Source: an uncultured Chloroflexia bacterium
GTDB taxonomy: Bacteria; Chloroflexota; Anaerolineae; Anaerolineales; Anaerolineaceae
Assembly: GCA_963704755.1 (NCBI GenBank)
Contig: OY969938.1
Location: forward strand, 1,110,001-1,142,000
Direction of reading: 5' to 3'
Length of the DNA stretch: 32,000 nucleotides
In this document: positions 1 to 8,891 of the stretch, in pieces
Layout: the number at the start of each line of letters is the position of its first letter
How positions within the stretch are numbered: the stretch's first letter is position 1
Made by a program: the position numbers and the translations under genes
Notes under the pieces: model-generated
Told to the model about the DNA's origin: nothing
The model's input: only the letters and a program-made list of their open reading frames with translations
The model's database searches: none

Positions 1-1859
1 AGATCGATGTACGGCAGGTTTTTATCCCCGCCTACGTCCATGGTCCGCACGATCACGGGATGGTCTTGGCCCATGGTGGAAAAGATCTTGTGCAAGAGCT
101 CGTACTGCTCCTGCTCGCTGGGCGCCGTCTCGCGGGTTAGGAACAGAAATTCGGTGCGCAGCAAGCCCACCCCTTCAGCGCCGTTTTCCAAGGCCACCGC
201 GGCGTCGTTGGGTCCGCCGATGTTAGCGAAGACTTCTACCCGGCTGCCATCGGCTGTTTTGGCCAGGTCTTTGCTCAGGTGAAGCAGACGCTCACGCTCA
301 GCTTGCCAGCTTGTCCTCAAATCGCCGAGCGAAGATTGCACCTTCCCGGATGGATCGACCCAGACTTCACCGGTGAAACCGTTCAAGCCGACCATTCCAC
401 CGGCCGGTTGGTGTGCTAAAAACATGCCGCTCCCTGCCACGGCCGGGATCCCCAGTCCTCGGGCCAGGATCGCGCTGTGCGAAGTCGGCCCGCCGCCGGC
501 GGTGACGATGCCCAACACCTGGCGCATATCGAGCTGTGAGGTCTCGGTGGGGGTCAAATCTTCCGCGTACAAAATGACCGGCTGGGGGAAAGTCAGCGGG
601 GCCGCTGCGGGAGCGCCGCTCAGGGCCAACAGCACCTGCCGGCCGACATCCTCCACATCCAGCGCGCGCTGTTTTTGATAAGGATCATCCAGCGAACGAT
701 AAGTATCGGCGACCGTATTTACGGCCGCGTCCCAGGCCGCGGCGGCATTCAACTGGTTCTTGAAGATACCGTCGTTGGTCCGGTCGAGCATGTCCGGGTC
801 CTGCAGAATGAGCTCGTGGGCTTCAAAGATCGCAGCTTCATCCGCGTTCAGTGTCCGTTTGACCTGCTCGTAGCGCTGTGAAATATCCTGGCGGGTTGCT
901 GCGACCGCTGCCTGGAACTTCTTCCATTCAACATTGGGATCTTTGGCCGGCTCTTTCGAGATCGTTGGCCGGGGCGGCTCGTAACGATACAGCGGACCCA
1001 GCGCGTACCCCTCCGAGATCGGCACAGCACGCAGGTAGTTCGTGCTTTCAGACGATTTTTGCACCGGCTCAACCGGTATGGCCGGTAAGGGTGTTTTGGC
1101 CGGCTCTGCCGGTCCGGGGACAGCCGTTGGTTCGCCAAAGCCCGATTCGACCAGTTCCTTGAGCGCTTTCAGCGCCTGCGCTGCTTCATCGCCGCTGGCA
1201 TCGATGCGGATCTGATGATTCTGCACCGCTCCCAGAGTCGCAATCGCATTCAGGCTGCGGGCCGAGGCCGGGCCTTTTCCGTTGGTCTCGTTCTTTACCT
1301 GGATATCGGCCTTGAAACGGGTGGCCATCTGGACAAACCGCGCTGCCGGCCGGGCGTGCAAGCCGTGTTGGTTGATCAGAGTCACCGTCACCAATTCTTC
1401 CGCCGGTAAAGGTGCAGGGGCGGCCGAAACCGTTTCGCCAACTTCCGCTGCGTCGCCTAGTTGATCCTGCTTGGGGAATAGCGACTGGCGCGCTTCCTGG
1501 TAAACCATTTCCAGCGGGCTGCCCAGGCTGATTTGAACCCCGGCAGCAACCGCGCCTTCCACAAGCGGCGCGGAACAAAAACGAACCTTCTCTCCTATTT
1601 CGGGCGGCAGCAGGTCCAGCGCCATTTGAGCGCTAAGCACTGCGCTGCCCAGGTCCATCAATACCAGTACGCCATCCTGCGAAGATACCAATTCGATGGC
1701 TTCCATGATCTCGATGGCATCCGTACCAAATGTCTGGCGATCATCCCCCACTCCAGCCGCCAGGGCAATAGGCGCTGTAGGTGAAGCTACCTGCTTGACC
1801 AGGTCAACCAGGGCTTGGGCCAATGGACGGCTGTGTGAAACAATAACCAAACCAACCAT
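1..1859 (-). CDS. dhaM: PTS-type dihydroxyacetone kinase phosphotransferase subunit DhaM, a multidomain protein (EIIA-Man-like + HPr-like + Enzyme I-like). The C-terminal end runs off the left edge of the window.
   Basis: Absent from the ORF track because it is edge-truncated. My own translation starts at ATG 1859 (GGAG 6 nt upstream). It gives MVGLVIVSHSRPLAQALVDL (DhaM/EIIA-Man His), LINQHGLHARPAARFVQ (HPr-like His), GGGPTSHSAILARGLGIPAV (EI phospho-His), then GVGLLRTEFLFL and RTMDVGGDK (EI PEP-binding domain). The frame stays open to base 1. Confidence 0.9.
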   Translation of the reverse strand, partial: MVGLVIVSHSRPLAQALVDLVKQVASPTAPIALAAGVGDDRQTFGTDAIEIMEAIELVSSQDGVLVLMDLGSAVLSAQMALDLLPPEIGEKVRFCSAPLVEGAVAAGVQISLGSPLEMVYQEARQSLFPKQDQLGDAAEVGETVSAAPAPLPAEELVTVTLINQHGLHARPAARFVQMATRFKADIQVKNETNGKGPASARSLNAIATLGAVQNHQIRIDASGDEAAQALKALKELVESGFGEPTAVPGPAEPAKTPLPAIPVEPVQKSSESTNYLRAVPISEGYALGPLYRYEPPRPTISKEPAKDPNVEWKKFQAAVAATRQDISQRYEQVKRTLNADEAAIFEAHELILQDPDMLDRTNDGIFKNQLNAAAAWDAAVNTVADTYRSLDDPYQKQRALDVEDVGRQVLLALSGAPAAAPLTFPQPVILYAEDLTPTETSQLDMRQVLGIVTAGGGPTSHSAILARGLGIPAVAGSGMFLAHQPAGGMVGLNGFTGEVWVDPSGKVQSSLGDLRTSWQAERERLLHLSKDLAKTADGSRVEVFANIGGPNDAAVALENGAEGVGLLRTEFLFLTRETAPSEQEQYELLHKIFSTMGQDHPVIVRTMDVGGDKNLPYID

Positions 1860-1877
1860 TTCGTTCTCCAGCGGGTT

Positions 1878-2252
1878 TTATTGCGCTGCAATCGTCAAAG
1901 CAAGCCAAATACCGTAAATAACAGCGCCAACTCCGACCAACCCGAATAACCAATTGATAAATATGAGTAGTCCCCTGGAAGGGTTCATGTCCAGAATAAT
2001 GCCGCGTAATCCCAGTAAGGAATGGGTGACAACCGCGGCCAAAAAGGTGATTTCCATGGCGACGATCCAGGGATTGCTGAAATAGTTAACTACGTCCTGG
2101 TAATCGAGCAAACCGTTCTCGGCCACCAGGTGGTTGACGATCATGTGCACGAAAAGCAGAATCACCAAAAGCGGTCCGGTGACCATCTTGATAAACCACA
2201 GCCAGGCCGTTTCTCCTTTGCGCGGAGCAGATACATTTGAAAGTTGAGTCAC
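1878..2252 (-). CDS. Small 3-TM membrane anchor, SdhD/FrdD-like (complex II-type hydrophobic subunit)
   Basis: 124 aa with a GTG start preceded by GAGGAGG. It has three hydrophobic helices with His residues (FVHMIVNH, VVTHSLLG). It lies directly downstream of an SdhC-like and an SdhB-like gene, with a 10-nt gap. Confidence 0.7.
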   Translation of the reverse strand: MTQLSNVSAPRKGETAWLWFIKMVTGPLLVILLFVHMIVNHLVAENGLLDYQDVVNYFSNPWIVAMEITFLAAVVTHSLLGLRGIILDMNPSRGLLIFINWLFGLVGVGAVIYGIWLALTIAAQ

Positions 2253-2262
2253 AACAGCCTCC

Positions 2263-2655
2263 TCAAGCAGTGATCATTTTGACTGCAAAGACCAGGATGA
2301 TAACCACTGCCAGTGCCATCAGGCCAACGAACAACTGTTTCTGGCGGGTCACGCTCACACCAAAACTGGTGAGGACGATACGGATACCGTTCAGCCCGTG
2401 GATAAACACCCCGGCAACGACCAGCAATTCACCGGCCAGGAAAATTGGGCTTTTGGCCATTTTGATAAAAGAATCGTACGCGGCAGGCCCCTGGGCCAGT
2501 TTACTCAGCACACTGAGGTGGAGAAACAGGTACAAGGTTAAACCAATGGCTGTGAGACGGTTAAGGATGAACCCCACACCACCAGTCTGGCGTCCGACGG
2601 GATTGAACCAGCTCCAGAAGCGGGAAGCAGAAGGCCGATTGATTTTGTTTTCCAT
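2263..2655 (-). CDS. Small 3-TM membrane anchor / cytochrome b-like subunit, SdhC/FrdC-like
   Basis: 130 aa with three predicted TM helices and conserved-looking His (LFLHLSV, FIHGLNG). It sits 22 nt downstream of the SdhB-like gene. Confidence 0.7.
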   Translation of the reverse strand: MENKINRPSASRFWSWFNPVGRQTGGVGFILNRLTAIGLTLYLFLHLSVLSKLAQGPAAYDSFIKMAKSPIFLAGELLVVAGVFIHGLNGIRIVLTSFGVSVTRQKQLFVGLMALAVVIILVFAVKMITA

Positions 2656-2677
2656 AATCTTTTCCCTGGTGTTGGAA

Positions 2678-3406
2678 TTATCCGCGACCGAATAACCCCT
2701 TGAATTTTTTGACTACGACCTGCGTCCGCAGAGACATTATCCGCCGGCCGGGATCGACAAATGAAGGGCAGACCGCGGTACATTCGAACGCGCTATGGCA
2801 GCGCCACAAGCCGTCCTCCGAATCGATCACGTCCAGCAGTGTGTGGCTGCCGTTCAACCCGTGGGCGTGGGCCCCGGCCAGAACGGCCGGCCCCAGGTAT
2901 GAGGGAGTTGTCGAGGAGACCGGGCAGGCGCTGATGCACAGCCCGCACTCGATGCAATCGCTCAAGCGGATATACTGCTCTTCTTCTTTGTCCCATTTCG
3001 AAGGCGGCTTCTCGACCTCGGATTGAGTGACCGGCGCTACGGTCGGTGCGGTGACTTCGTCCATCTTCAAATAGAGCGAGCCCATATCTACGGTCAGGTC
3101 GCTGACGATGGGGAAGTTGCGCAGCGGTTCCACCACAACCGTGCCGCCGTTCTCGGTTACACTGCGGATGGGGGTGATGCAGGTCAACTTTTCGACATGG
3201 TTGACGCGCATTCCACAGGCGCCGCAGGTGGAGTGGTGGCAGGCGTGCCGGAAACACAAGGTGCGGTCATGGAAAGCCCAGATCCGCTCCACAGCATCTA
3301 AAACGTACTCGTCCGGGTCAACTTCCAGGGGAAATTCATCGTAATGAGGAGTCTCATCTTCTTTCAAGCGAAAGACGCGAAAAGTTACGTTCCATTGTTC
3401 AGTCAT
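2678..3406 (-). CDS. Succinate dehydrogenase/fumarate reductase-type iron-sulfur subunit (SdhB/FrdB family)
   Basis: 242 aa with AGGAG 7 nt upstream of the ATG. Full SdhB-type cysteine patterns are present: CHHSTCGACGMRVNHVEKLTC (C-x4-C-x2-C-x11-C, 2Fe-2S), CIECGLCISACP (4Fe-4S) and CHSAFECTAVCP (C-x5-C-x3-CP, 3Fe-4S). Confidence 0.88.
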   Translation of the reverse strand: MTEQWNVTFRVFRLKEDETPHYDEFPLEVDPDEYVLDAVERIWAFHDRTLCFRHACHHSTCGACGMRVNHVEKLTCITPIRSVTENGGTVVVEPLRNFPIVSDLTVDMGSLYLKMDEVTAPTVAPVTQSEVEKPPSKWDKEEEQYIRLSDCIECGLCISACPVSSTTPSYLGPAVLAGAHAHGLNGSHTLLDVIDSEDGLWRCHSAFECTAVCPSFVDPGRRIMSLRTQVVVKKFKGLFGRG

Positions 3407-3416
3407 GATTCAACTC

Positions 3417-4583
3417 CTAATTCGGGCTAGCGTAATATTGTCGGAAGGAAAGCAGTTTGATCTCTTTCGTGCTGCAAGCCGCCTGAATTCCGAGTTTCTC
3501 ACAGACCACGTCCGCCGTCTTTTCAGCCATCGCCCGCAATGTCGTTGCCTTTCCTCCGGTAATGGTCACCAGGCCTTCGATATTATGGAGTTCCTTGTGG
3601 TCGTAACATTTGAACGTACGCGCGATACTCCGGCCCAGGCCACCCCCAATCAACGGACGGCTGGCCATGTAAATACCGCGAGGTTTCGCGTTTTTGATCG
3701 CCGGGATCAATTCACTGCCGCGCTCCAGCATGAGCTGGGCTTGTTCTTCAACAACCGGGACATAGTCCAGGTCTTCCACCTCGAATGAAGTCGTCCCCAC
3801 CACCACCATCCGTCGCTGCGGCAAGACGATGTCGCCGTCACCGGGTTTGTTCAAGCGGTTGATTGCCCGCTGGACAAAGCGCTGGTCGTAGGCCACCATA
3901 ATGCCAGGCGTGGGTTTGATCGGCACACTGGCCCCGGCCATCTCGGCAATTTCCCCGCTCCAGGCGCCGGTGGCATTGATCACGATATCCGCGTGCAAAT
4001 CCCTGGTTTTATTATTGGTGCGGTCCAGGACCTGGATGCCCACCACATTGCCCTTGCCATCCAAAATCATACCGGTGACATTGGTATAGGTTTGGAACTT
4101 TGCTCCGTTCGACTTGGCCGTGGCAGCGAACGCCAGAGCCAGGCGTAATGGGTCAAATGTGCCGTCTGGGATTATAAATGCCGAAAGGACCTGGGGGTTG
4201 ATGTTAGGCTCCAATTCCAGAGCCTTTTTCCCGTCGATTTGTTCAAGTGGGATGTGGCAGGCCTCACAACCTTCGATGAAGGTTTCTGCATAGGCCAAAT
4301 CATTGTCATTCAAGGCTATAAATAATCCACCGTTAGGCTCGATTACATCTGGTACGATCTTGCGCAAGATCATATTTTCGTCGATACATTCGATCGCCAA
4401 TTCCTGGTCTTTGACTGCGTACCGGCCCCCGCTATGCAAAAGTCCATGAGTCCGACCGGAAGTGCCATTGCAAATATCTCCACGTTCAACAACGGTCACG
4501 TCAAAACCGCGTAGTTGCAAATCATGTGCGGTGGCGACCCCGGTGAACCCTGCCCCAATGATGATCGCTTTTGGTTTTGTCAT
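3417..4583 (-). CDS. glpA: FAD-dependent glycerol-3-phosphate dehydrogenase, GlpA-type flavoprotein (short form without the C-terminal BFD-like domain)
   Basis: IIIGAGFTGVATAHDL (GxGxxG) and GRTHGLLHSGGRYAV match my recollection of the E. coli GlpA N-terminal ~390 aa. I place the start at ATG 4583 (GGAG 9 nt upstream); the track begins one codon earlier at TTG 4586. Confidence 0.88.
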   Translation of the reverse strand: MTKPKAIIIGAGFTGVATAHDLQLRGFDVTVVERGDICNGTSGRTHGLLHSGGRYAVKDQELAIECIDENMILRKIVPDVIEPNGGLFIALNDNDLAYAETFIEGCEACHIPLEQIDGKKALELEPNINPQVLSAFIIPDGTFDPLRLALAFAATAKSNGAKFQTYTNVTGMILDGKGNVVGIQVLDRTNNKTRDLHADIVINATGAWSGEIAEMAGASVPIKPTPGIMVAYDQRFVQRAINRLNKPGDGDIVLPQRRMVVVGTTSFEVEDLDYVPVVEEQAQLMLERGSELIPAIKNAKPRGIYMASRPLIGGGLGRSIARTFKCYDHKELHNIEGLVTITGGKATTLRAMAEKTADVVCEKLGIQAACSTKEIKLLSFRQYYASPN

Positions 4584-4612
4584 CAATTACTACTCCAATT
4601 TCCTGCAATTAG

Positions 4613-4625
4613 ATTTTTTTTGCGG
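4613..4625 (-). promoter_or_regulatory. Conserved 13-mer CCGCAAAAAAAAT (read on the minus strand), 30 nt upstream of the glpA-like start codon; copy 1 of 2
   Basis: An identical 13-mer occurs at 7045-7057, 31 nt upstream of the glpK start codon. Function unknown. Confidence 0.4.
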
Positions 4626-5100
4626 AAACATACCGCGCTTCCTCCAATCCAATTCGATAATGCTCCTTTAATGATGGTTTACCGCTGGAGGCGGCCGTCC
4701 GGCTAAATTGAAAAAATGGGCGTATACAGGGATTGTTCTTTCGCCCCATGTACTCCCATCTTTCAACTCAGGCGTCTTACGATTTTTAATTAATTTTACC
4801 AAACTTAATCTATTTGCGAATACTTGCGGATTTACCAGGGTCAAGGCCACAAATCGGGGTCGAAGTTCTCTCTGGCCGTACTTCGACTTGCACAATATTT
4901 TCCCGCCCTGGCGATTTCGGGAAACCCTGCCTGCGTTCTCCACTGAACATATTCTCATCGTTACCGCACGTTATGAACCGTGATGGAAGTGTTTTTGCTG
5001 GGTATACGGAGGATTTTCAGTGCGTTCATGTGCATTAATTCACAAAAATGATATAAAAAAACGAACATCACTTTCGAACGGCCGTCTTGGTTTCACGAAA

Positions 5101-5352
5101 TTAGCGGCGAACAACCCGATTGAAGAGTAATAAGCCAAAGAAAATGGCCCAAATAAATACACCAAATGCCAGCCCCCATAAAATACCTTCCAGCCAACCC
5201 AGCGCAGGGACAGTCTGGAGAGAAGTAACCACTGCCATGAGCACACTGACCACTGCAATCACTTTGACGCCTATCGACATTTTAATCCAGGGTTTCGGTT
5301 GTGAAAGATCGGCTACCTTTTCCTTTACTTTCTTTTTGGAACTCTTGGACAT
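5101..5352 (-). CDS. Small hypothetical membrane protein (83 aa, Lys-rich N-terminus, 2 predicted TM helices)
   Basis: The internal ATG at 5352 is preceded by GGAGG (MSKSSKKKVKEKVADL...). Two hydrophobic segments follow. No family recognised. Confidence 0.5.
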   Translation of the reverse strand: MSKSSKKKVKEKVADLSQPKPWIKMSIGVKVIAVVSVLMAVVTSLQTVPALGWLEGILWGLAFGVFIWAIFFGLLLFNRVVRR

Positions 5353-5454
5353 GCTAAAACCTCCAGGAGGACAATTCAGTCCGGGCCAAACCATAACCTT
5401 TATAAACGTTCAAGATGTACTGCAGGAAAGAACTCGACATCATCTGGAAAGAGA

Positions 5455-5491
5455 GGCGGATGAGCCGCACCATTTGGGCCGCTCACCCGCC
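5455..5491 (-). terminator. Weak candidate terminator hairpin after glpK
   Basis: GGCGGATGAGC (5455-5465) pairs with GCTCACCCGCC (5481-5491) with one mismatch. On the minus strand it is followed by TCTCTTTCC, which is only moderately U-rich. Confidence 0.25.
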
Positions 5492-5517
5492 CCCGGACTA
5501 ACTTAGTTCAAAACAGA

Positions 5518-7014
5518 TTAGTCGATCCAATCGAAGGTGCGCGTAACGGCTTTCTTCCAGCCTTTGTACAGTTTTGCGCGTTCTTCGGCGCCCATCTTGG
5601 GCTCCCATTCTTTATCCTTACCCCAGTTCACGCGCAGGTCGTCGATTTTGTTCCAGAAGCCGACGGCCAGGCCGGCTGCGTATGCGGAGCCGAGGGCGGT
5701 GGTTTCCGCCACGGTCGGGCGAATAACCGGCACACCCAGGATATCGGATTGGAATTGCATGAGCATTTCGTTGAAGACCATACCACCGTCTACCTTGAGG
5801 GCAGTCAGCGGCACACCCGAATCGGCGTTCATGGCATCCAACACCTCGCGGGTCTGGTAAGCGGTGGCTTCCAGGGCAGCGCGGGCGATGTGATTCTTGT
5901 TGATGAAGCGGGTCAGGCCAACGATAGCGCCACGGGCGTCACTCTTCCAGTACGGTGCAAATAGACCGGAGAAGGCCGGGACGAAATAGATACCGCCGCT
6001 ATCCGGGACAGCGCCCGCATATTCCTCGATGTGCTTGGAGAAATCGAAGAATTTCAGGTTGTCACGCAGCCACTGGACCAACGCACCGGTGATGGCGATG
6101 GAGCCTTCCAGGCAGTACACGGCCGGCTGATCGCCGATCTTGTAACCCAGGGTGGTCAGCAAACCGTTCTTGGATTGGACCGGTTTTGTGCCCGTGTTCA
6201 GCAGCATGAAGCAGCCGGTGCCATAGGTATTTTTGGCTTCGCCAGGATCGAAGCAGGTCTGCCCAAACAGGGCCGCCTGCTGATCGCCCAAAATACCGGC
6301 AACGGGGATGCCGCTCAGTGAACCGATGGCTTTGCCGTATACTTCGGCTGATGGGCGGATGCGCGGGAGCATCGCTTTGGGAACACCCATGATCTTCAGG
6401 ATTTCTTCGTCCCAATCCAGGGTTTCCAGGTTCATCAGCATGGTGCGGGAAGCGTTCGAAACGTCAGTAACATGCACGCCGCCGTTCGGTCCGCCGGTCA
6501 AATTCCAGACCACCCAGGAGTCGATATTTCCGAAGAGAACCTCTCCCTTTTCAGCTTTTTCACGTACGCCAGGTACATTATCCAGAACCCACTTGATCTT
6601 GGGGCCGGAGAAATAGGTGGCCAGAGGCAGACCTACTTTTGCGCGGAAGCGATCCTGTCCCCCGTCTTTGGCAAATTCATTGCAAATCGCGTCGGTGCGG
6701 GTATCCTGCCAAACGATGGCATTGTATACCGGTTTGCCGGTCGCACGATCCCAAAAAACCGATGTTTCGCGCTGGTTGGTGATACCAATCGCAGCGATGT
6801 CTTTCGGATCAATGCCGGTCTTCTTTAAGGCCCCATCAATGACTTCTTGAGTTCGCTGCCAGATCTCCAACGGATCGTGCTCAACCCAACCTGGTTTCGG
6901 GAAGATCTGCTCGTGTTCCTTTTGGTCAACGCCTACCACTTTCCCAGAGTGATCAAAAATCATGAAGCGGGTGCTGGTGGTACCCTGATCTACTGCGGCA
7001 ACATATTTAGCCAT
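5518..7014 (-). CDS. glpK: Glycerol kinase
   Basis: 498 aa. [40 protein letters not shown] and GTGCFML are classic GlpK/FGGY motifs. Full length. Confidence 0.97.
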   Translation of the reverse strand: MAKYVAAVDQGTTSTRFMIFDHSGKVVGVDQKEHEQIFPKPGWVEHDPLEIWQRTQEVIDGALKKTGIDPKDIAAIGITNQRETSVFWDRATGKPVYNAIVWQDTRTDAICNEFAKDGGQDRFRAKVGLPLATYFSGPKIKWVLDNVPGVREKAEKGEVLFGNIDSWVVWNLTGGPNGGVHVTDVSNASRTMLMNLETLDWDEEILKIMGVPKAMLPRIRPSAEVYGKAIGSLSGIPVAGILGDQQAALFGQTCFDPGEAKNTYGTGCFMLLNTGTKPVQSKNGLLTTLGYKIGDQPAVYCLEGSIAITGALVQWLRDNLKFFDFSKHIEEYAGAVPDSGGIYFVPAFSGLFAPYWKSDARGAIVGLTRFINKNHIARAALEATAYQTREVLDAMNADSGVPLTALKVDGGMVFNEMLMQFQSDILGVPVIRPTVAETTALGSAYAAGLAVGFWNKIDDLRVNWGKDKEWEPKMGAEERAKLYKGWKKAVTRTFDWID

Positions 7015-7044
7015 TTAAACACTCTCCTAAGGGGTACTTGACGA

Positions 7045-7057
7045 ATTTTTTTTGCGG
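7045..7057 (-). promoter_or_regulatory. Second copy of the 13-mer CCGCAAAAAAAAT, 31 nt upstream of the glpK start codon
   Basis: Identical to 4613-4625 in sequence, orientation and distance to the downstream ATG. Confidence 0.4.
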
Positions 7058-7100
7058 TGAATAGCATGGAAGACGATTTTTCCAGATACGATTGGCGTGC

Positions 7101-7128
7101 AAAAGAAGCTGGGGAAAATGCCAGCTTC
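7101..7128 (-). terminator. Candidate intrinsic (possibly partial) terminator between dhaL and glpK
   Basis: The minus strand reads GAAGCTGG-cattttcc-CCAGCTTC-TTTT, starting 12 nt after the dhaL stop. The stem is 8 bp and the U-tract is short. Confidence 0.45.
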
Positions 7129-7139
7129 CTTTTATTGAT

Positions 7140-7775
7140 TTAAGCCTCTTTCCAGGTCTCTGCAGCGGTCTTTAGGAGTAAATACGAGGACGTCGCACCC
7201 GGGTCCTGGTGACCGGCACTGCGTTCACCCAGGTAACTGGCCCTTCCTTTTCGCGCAACCCAGGGAATGGTCGCCAGCATTCCTAGCCTGGCTGCTTCAG
7301 CGGATTGTTCGAGGGCGGTATTGAGGGGTGCGTTCGCAGCCAATGATTCTTTGAGGGAATCAACTGCCGGGAGCAGGGCATCGACCATGGTCTTATCCCC
7401 GGGCTCCGCTTTTCCGCGCATCACCACGCCGCTCAGCGCGGCTTCAAGTGCCTCGGCCCAATCCTGCAGATTCAGTTCCATTTTGCCCGCCGACTTCATG
7501 CCGGCCTGTAAGAAGAACGTTCCGTATAACGGCCCGCCTGCACCACCTACGGTAGAGAGTAAAGTCATCCCTACGGTTTTGAAGATAGTGCCGATATCCT
7601 TATCACTGTTCTCGGCCAGTTTGATCACCACGGCTTTAAAACCGCGATCCATGTTCGCTCCATGATCGGCATCGCCGATGGCTGCGTCCAGTTCGGTGAG
7701 ATAGGTTTTGTTCTCAGCAATGACTCCGGCGCTAGCGCGGACCCATGCCAGGATATCGTCTCGATGAATACTCAT
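7140..7775 (-). CDS. dhaL: Dihydroxyacetone kinase, ADP-binding subunit DhaL
   Basis: 211 aa. LDAAIGDADHGANMDRGF is the DhaL/Dak2 nucleotide-Mg motif, and GGAGGPLYG is also present. It lies adjacent to dhaK. Confidence 0.95.
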   Translation of the reverse strand: MSIHRDDILAWVRASAGVIAENKTYLTELDAAIGDADHGANMDRGFKAVVIKLAENSDKDIGTIFKTVGMTLLSTVGGAGGPLYGTFFLQAGMKSAGKMELNLQDWAEALEAALSGVVMRGKAEPGDKTMVDALLPAVDSLKESLAANAPLNTALEQSAEAARLGMLATIPWVARKGRASYLGERSAGHQDPGATSSYLLLKTAAETWKEA

Positions 7776-7796
7776 ATTGGGCTCCGTAAGACCAGG

Positions 7797-7823
7797 CCAG
7801 GGTGACCCAAAAGATCACCCTGG
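7797..7823 (-). other. Intercistronic hairpin between dhaK and dhaL
   Basis: CCAGGGTGA (7797-7805) and TCACCCTGG (7815-7823) form a perfect 9-bp stem with a 9-nt loop. Confidence 0.4.
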
Positions 7824-7838
7824 CTTCGTACGCTAAAA

Positions 7839-8840
7839 CTATATTCCCCAGCGCAATCCCGGGGTTTTGACGGGGGCATCCCACAACTTGATCATTTCGT
7901 CGTCCATCTTGAGCATGGTAATGGACACGCCGGCCATTTCCAAACTGGTGATGTACGGCCCAATCAGGTTACGCACTACTTTGAGGCCATGCTTTGCAGC
8001 AATTTCGGCCGCTTTGCGGTACACAATGTAGAGCTCGATCAATGGCGTCCCACCCATGCCATTGACGAACAGGAGCACATTGTCGCCTGATTTGTAGGGG
8101 ATATCGCTGATGACAGGTTCCATCAACATTTCGGTGATCTCGTCAGCCGTCTTCATGGCCATCCGAGTCCGACCCGGCTCGCCATGAATGCCGATGCCGA
8201 TTTCGATTTCGTTCTCCGGCAGATCGAAGGTTGGTTTACCCACATGCGGAACCGTGCAGGAGGTCAACGCCATACCCATGCTGCGGCCCAATTCCTTGAC
8301 CTTCGTGCAGACCGCTGCGACTTCTTTCAAGGAGCGCCTTTCTTCAGCGGCCGCGCCGACTAACTTTTCTGCCAATACCGTGCTGCCTACACCACGGCGA
8401 CCGGCTGTATAGAGGCTATCTTTTACGGCCACATCGTCGTCGATGACAACACTTTCGATTTCGATACCCTCAGACCGGGCCAGGTCGGCTGCCATTTCGA
8501 AGTTCATGATATCGCCAGTATAGTTCTTGACGATATGCAGCACGCCCTTGCCGCCGTTGACGGCTTTGGTCGCTTCGAGCATTTGATCCGGAGTAGGGGA
8601 AGTAAACACCGCGCCAGGGCAAGCCGCATCCAACATACCCATCCCGACGTATCCGCCGTGCATGGGCTCGTGGCCAGAACCACCGCCGCTAACAATCCCC
8701 ACCTTTCCCATTACGGGAGCATCGGCGCGCACGATGTAATTGGGATCGTAATGCACTTTAACCAAGTTCGGGTGTGCAATTTCGATACCCTGGAGCTCTT
8801 CCAGGACCACATCCTCGGGTTTGTTGATCAGTTTTTTCAT
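7839..8840 (-). CDS. dhaK: Dihydroxyacetone kinase, DHA-binding subunit DhaK
   Basis: [12 protein letters not shown]..., [15 protein letters not shown] and [13 protein letters not shown] closely follow my recollection of E. coli DhaK. I chose the start at ATG 8840 (AGGAGG upstream). The track ORF starts 7 codons earlier, at 8861. Confidence 0.95.
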   Translation of the reverse strand: MKKLINKPEDVVLEELQGIEIAHPNLVKVHYDPNYIVRADAPVMGKVGIVSGGGSGHEPMHGGYVGMGMLDAACPGAVFTSPTPDQMLEATKAVNGGKGVLHIVKNYTGDIMNFEMAADLARSEGIEIESVVIDDDVAVKDSLYTAGRRGVGSTVLAEKLVGAAAEERRSLKEVAAVCTKVKELGRSMGMALTSCTVPHVGKPTFDLPENEIEIGIGIHGEPGRTRMAMKTADEITEMLMEPVISDIPYKSGDNVLLFVNGMGGTPLIELYIVYRKAAEIAAKHGLKVVRNLIGPYITSLEMAGVSITMLKMDDEMIKLWDAPVKTPGLRWGI

Positions 8841-8891
8841 GAATTTATTACCTCCTGCCAACGGAAAGCTTGACTCGTACGGAATTATTGG

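Noticed and set aside
4889-4904. Weak -24/-12-like element (GGGAAAATATTGTGCA on the minus strand) ~300 nt upstream of the glpA-like gene
   Set aside because: Only the GG, the GC and a few flanking bases match. The local activator lacks GAFTGA, and the TGTTTCAAAATG repeats do not accompany it. It is not distinguishable from chance.
8841-8861. Seven extra N-terminal codons (MAGGNKF) on the dhaK ORF
   Set aside because: AGGAGG sits inside this extension at the right distance from ATG 8840. MKKLIN... is the canonical DhaK N-terminus.
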